A DNA stretch of 64,000 nucleotides from an uncultured Thermofilaceae archaeon. GTDB lineage: Archaea > Thermoproteota > Thermoprotei > Thermofilales > B69-G16. Made by a program: the position numbers and the translations under genes. The stretch is from NCBI GenBank assembly GCA_964501905.1, contig CAZCTW010000010.1, forward strand, positions 5,046 through 69,045. Direction: 5' to 3'. The notes beneath the pieces were generated by a model, which worked only from the letters and a program-made list of their open reading frames with translations, had not been told where the DNA came from and did no database searches. Position 1 is the stretch's first letter, and each line of letters begins with the position of its first letter. Shown here piece after piece: positions 61,713 to 64,000 of the stretch.

Positions 61713-63529
61713 CTCTCTTCAAGCTCCCCAGGAGAAGGTATGTAATAGTACTCGTTTATCTCACGCTGATACCTGTCGAGCCATGAACCCTCCTTGTTTA
61801 TCCTTGGTCTCCTAGTATCGGGATCCCTCCTAAAGGTAACCCCTATTTCTCTCAGGAAAGTATTCATTCCCTTCCTTAAGCCCTGAGGAGGAAATGCATG
61901 CCCCGCTTTACCAGGAGTGCCCGAGAAAACCATTATACTCATCGAGAGAAAATCTTGAGCTATAATATCGTGCTCTACCACAAACGTCGCCGCTTGCCTC
62001 TCCTCAGTCACCCTTCTGATTATTTTTGCAACGCTGAATCGTTGTTCTACGTCTAAATACGCCATAGGTTCGTCAAGAAGGTACACATCAGCTTCTTTGC
62101 TAAGGGCTACGGCTATAAGCGCTCTCTGTAACTCTCCGCCACTCATCTCCGAGAACTCTCTATCGAGAAGAGACTCTAGACTTAAAGGCCTTATTATCTC
62201 AGCTTTCAGATAGGGATCTTCCGGGTCTTTGTTCGTCTCTTCAATGAAAAAGCTCCTCAAAGTGCCTTTATACTTCATTTCCGATAAGAATTGAGGTTTA
62301 TAGCTAACAGATAACGGCCTACTCGCCTGGACATACCCCTCTTCTGGCTGCAAGATTCCCGCGATTATCTTTACGAAGGTGGTTTTACCTATTCCGTTAG
62401 GGCCAAGTATACCCACGACTTCTCCTGCGTGAACTTCCCCAGGTTCAACCTCTAGCGTAAAACCGTTAAACTTTTTGACTAAATAAGACCAGGAAATTAG
62501 CGTAGTCTCCGGTCTCCATTCGGTAGGCGCAGGTCTTAAGTGGAAAATTATCGGTTCACCGCGAATACGTATGTTCTCCTCTCTAAGGAAACCCTTGAGA
62601 TAGGTGTTTATCCCGGCTCTCACTCCTCTCGGTAAGCTAACTATTCCGTAAACTCCTGGTTCTCCATAGATGATATGAATTAGGTCGGATGTATAGTCGA
62701 GCACGGCTAAGTCATGCTCAACTATTACCACATACTTCTCCTCACTAGCCAAGCTTCTTATAAGTTTGGCAACTCTAAGCCTTTCTTTAACATCTAAATA
62801 ACTGGCTGGCTCGTCGATGAGGTATATGTCGGCATCTCTAAGCGCCATCGCGGCAATCGCTACCTTCTGAAGCTCGCCTCCGCTTAATTGGTTCATCTTC
62901 CTGCTCCAAATTTTCTCTAAATTTAGCTCTTTCTTTATTTTTTCAACACGCCCGCGTTCATCTATTCTCTCTAAAATCTCGCCAACAACTCCCTTTACAT
63001 ACCTGGGTATTTTATCTATGGACTGGATTTTATGAACCGCCCTGAGCTTCCCCTGCGAAAGCCTTTCAAAGTAAGGTTGAAGCTCCGATCCTCTAAAAAA
63101 TCTGATTATAGTTTTCCAGTCTGGTTTTTTCTCGTAATCTCCTAAGTTAGGGAGAAACTCGCCCGCTAGAATTTTAAGCGCCGTGCTTTTTCCAACGCCA
63201 TTTTGCCCTATAATTCCCACGACCATACCCTGTTTAGGTATAGGGAGTCTATAGAGCTTAAATGAATTAGGTCCATACCTGTACACCAAGTCTTCTTCGA
63301 GCTCTTCCGGGAGATTGACGATTTTTATAGCTTTATATGGACATTTTTTAACACATATTCCGCATCCCGTACATAGGTTTTCCTCGATTACTACCTTGTT
63401 CGATTCTTCATCCACCCAGATAGTTTTAGTCCCCGTCCTGTTCAGGGGGCATAACCTAACGCATTCGTGGTTACATTTTCTCGGCTTACATAGTGCGGCG
63501 TCAATTACCGCGATTCTCATATTTAACAC
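61709..63529 (-). CDS. Ribosome recycling ATPase ABCE1/RLI
   Basis: N-terminal Fe-S cysteines, two ABC domains, FRRD...RPRINK. Confidence 0.97.
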   Translation of the reverse strand: MLNMRIAVIDAALCKPRKCNHECVRLCPLNRTGTKTIWVDEESNKVVIEENLCTGCGICVKKCPYKAIKIVNLPEELEEDLVYRYGPNSFKLYRLPIPKQGMVVGIIGQNGVGKSTALKILAGEFLPNLGDYEKKPDWKTIIRFFRGSELQPYFERLSQGKLRAVHKIQSIDKIPRYVKGVVGEILERIDERGRVEKIKKELNLEKIWSRKMNQLSGGELQKVAIAAMALRDADIYLIDEPASYLDVKERLRVAKLIRSLASEEKYVVIVEHDLAVLDYTSDLIHIIYGEPGVYGIVSLPRGVRAGINTYLKGFLREENIRIRGEPIIFHLRPAPTEWRPETTLISWSYLVKKFNGFTLEVEPGEVHAGEVVGILGPNGIGKTTFVKIIAGILQPEEGYVQASRPLSVSYKPQFLSEMKYKGTLRSFFIEETNKDPEDPYLKAEIIRPLSLESLLDREFSEMSGGELQRALIAVALSKEADVYLLDEPMAYLDVEQRFSVAKIIRRVTEERQAATFVVEHDIIAQDFLSMSIMVFSGTPGKAGHAFPPQGLRKGMNTFLREIGVTFRRDPDTRRPRINKEGSWLDRYQREINEYYYIPSPGELEES

Positions 63530-63567
63530 CTAGTTGAAATAAAGAGAGCCTGGAAAAGAAAGGCAGG

Positions 63568-63855
63568 CTATACTTCTTCCTGTTCTATTTCTTCTTGCTC
63601 CATAGTTTCTAATAAAACTTCATAATACTCCTGTAGTAATTCTTTATGAGCTGTTATCTTCTCCTTATCCCTGGTAGTGGGCTCCATCACCAAGATTTTG
63701 ATTTTTTTATCTTCCTTTACTTTATGCCGGCTCTTGTACCCTTTATCTGATTTTAATTCTTTAGAGTATCTACACTTGTTGCACAAGAGCACTATTTTTC
63801 CATTTTCTCTTTTAGGTACCAGCATAGTACCACACTTAGGACAGAACTCTACCAT
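63568..63855 (-). CDS. TFS/RpoM-like protein with only the N-terminal zinc ribbon and an acidic tail
   Basis: MVEFCPKCG.ML.P...L.C..C; lacks the C-terminal ribbon with ADE. Confidence 0.8.
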   Translation of the reverse strand: MVEFCPKCGTMLVPKRENGKIVLLCNKCRYSKELKSDKGYKSRHKVKEDKKIKILVMEPTTRDKEKITAHKELLQEYYEVLLETMEQEEIEQEEV

Positions 63856-63867
63856 TTCTATAGACCT

Positions 63868-63957
63868 CTACCATTCCTCTTCTTCTTCTTCCCATTCCTC
63901 TTCTTCTTCCCATTCCTCTTCTTCAAATTCCTCCCATTCTTCCTCTTCAAAAGCCAT
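63868..63957 (-). CDS. 29-aa Glu/Trp-rich acidic peptide (not in ORF track)
   Basis: MAFEEEEWEEFEEEEWEEEEEWEEEEEEW; AGGTG RBS; mixed GAA/GAG codons. Confidence 0.7.
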   Translation of the reverse strand: MAFEEEEWEEFEEEEWEEEEEWEEEEEEW

Positions 63958-64000
63958 AGAGGACACCTGGCGATTAATGAAGCATGATCGCATCTATTTA

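Overview
64-kb chromosomal segment of a thermophilic archaeon, most likely Thermoproteota and Thermofilaceae-like (inference: all 8 tRNA genes carry BHB introns, a canonical crenarchaeal SSB is present, and rpl6 lies outside the spc operon). Content is mostly housekeeping: translation and RNA modification (aIF2b, Elp3, Trm9-like, NOG1, aGTPBP, DHS, NMD3, aRF1, CysRS, MetRS, MtaB-like, ABCE1), RNAP and exosome (RpoL, Csl4, DnaG), metabolism, and part of a group 4 hydrogenase/complex I-like operon. No CRISPR array, integrase or transposase was seen. Notable items not in the ORF track: a tRNA-Arg with an acceptor-stem intron and a duplicated 5' acceptor strand; other non-canonical tRNA introns; a divergent pair of H/ACA RNAs; two C/D sRNAs; rpl40e; a 29-aa Glu/Trp peptide upstream of a truncated TFS paralogue; a candidate -1 frameshift in a CAAX protease gene; and a four-times-frameshifted proline dehydrogenase-like operon. 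One large ORF looks like ribophorin I. All family assignments are motif recognition by eye, not database results.
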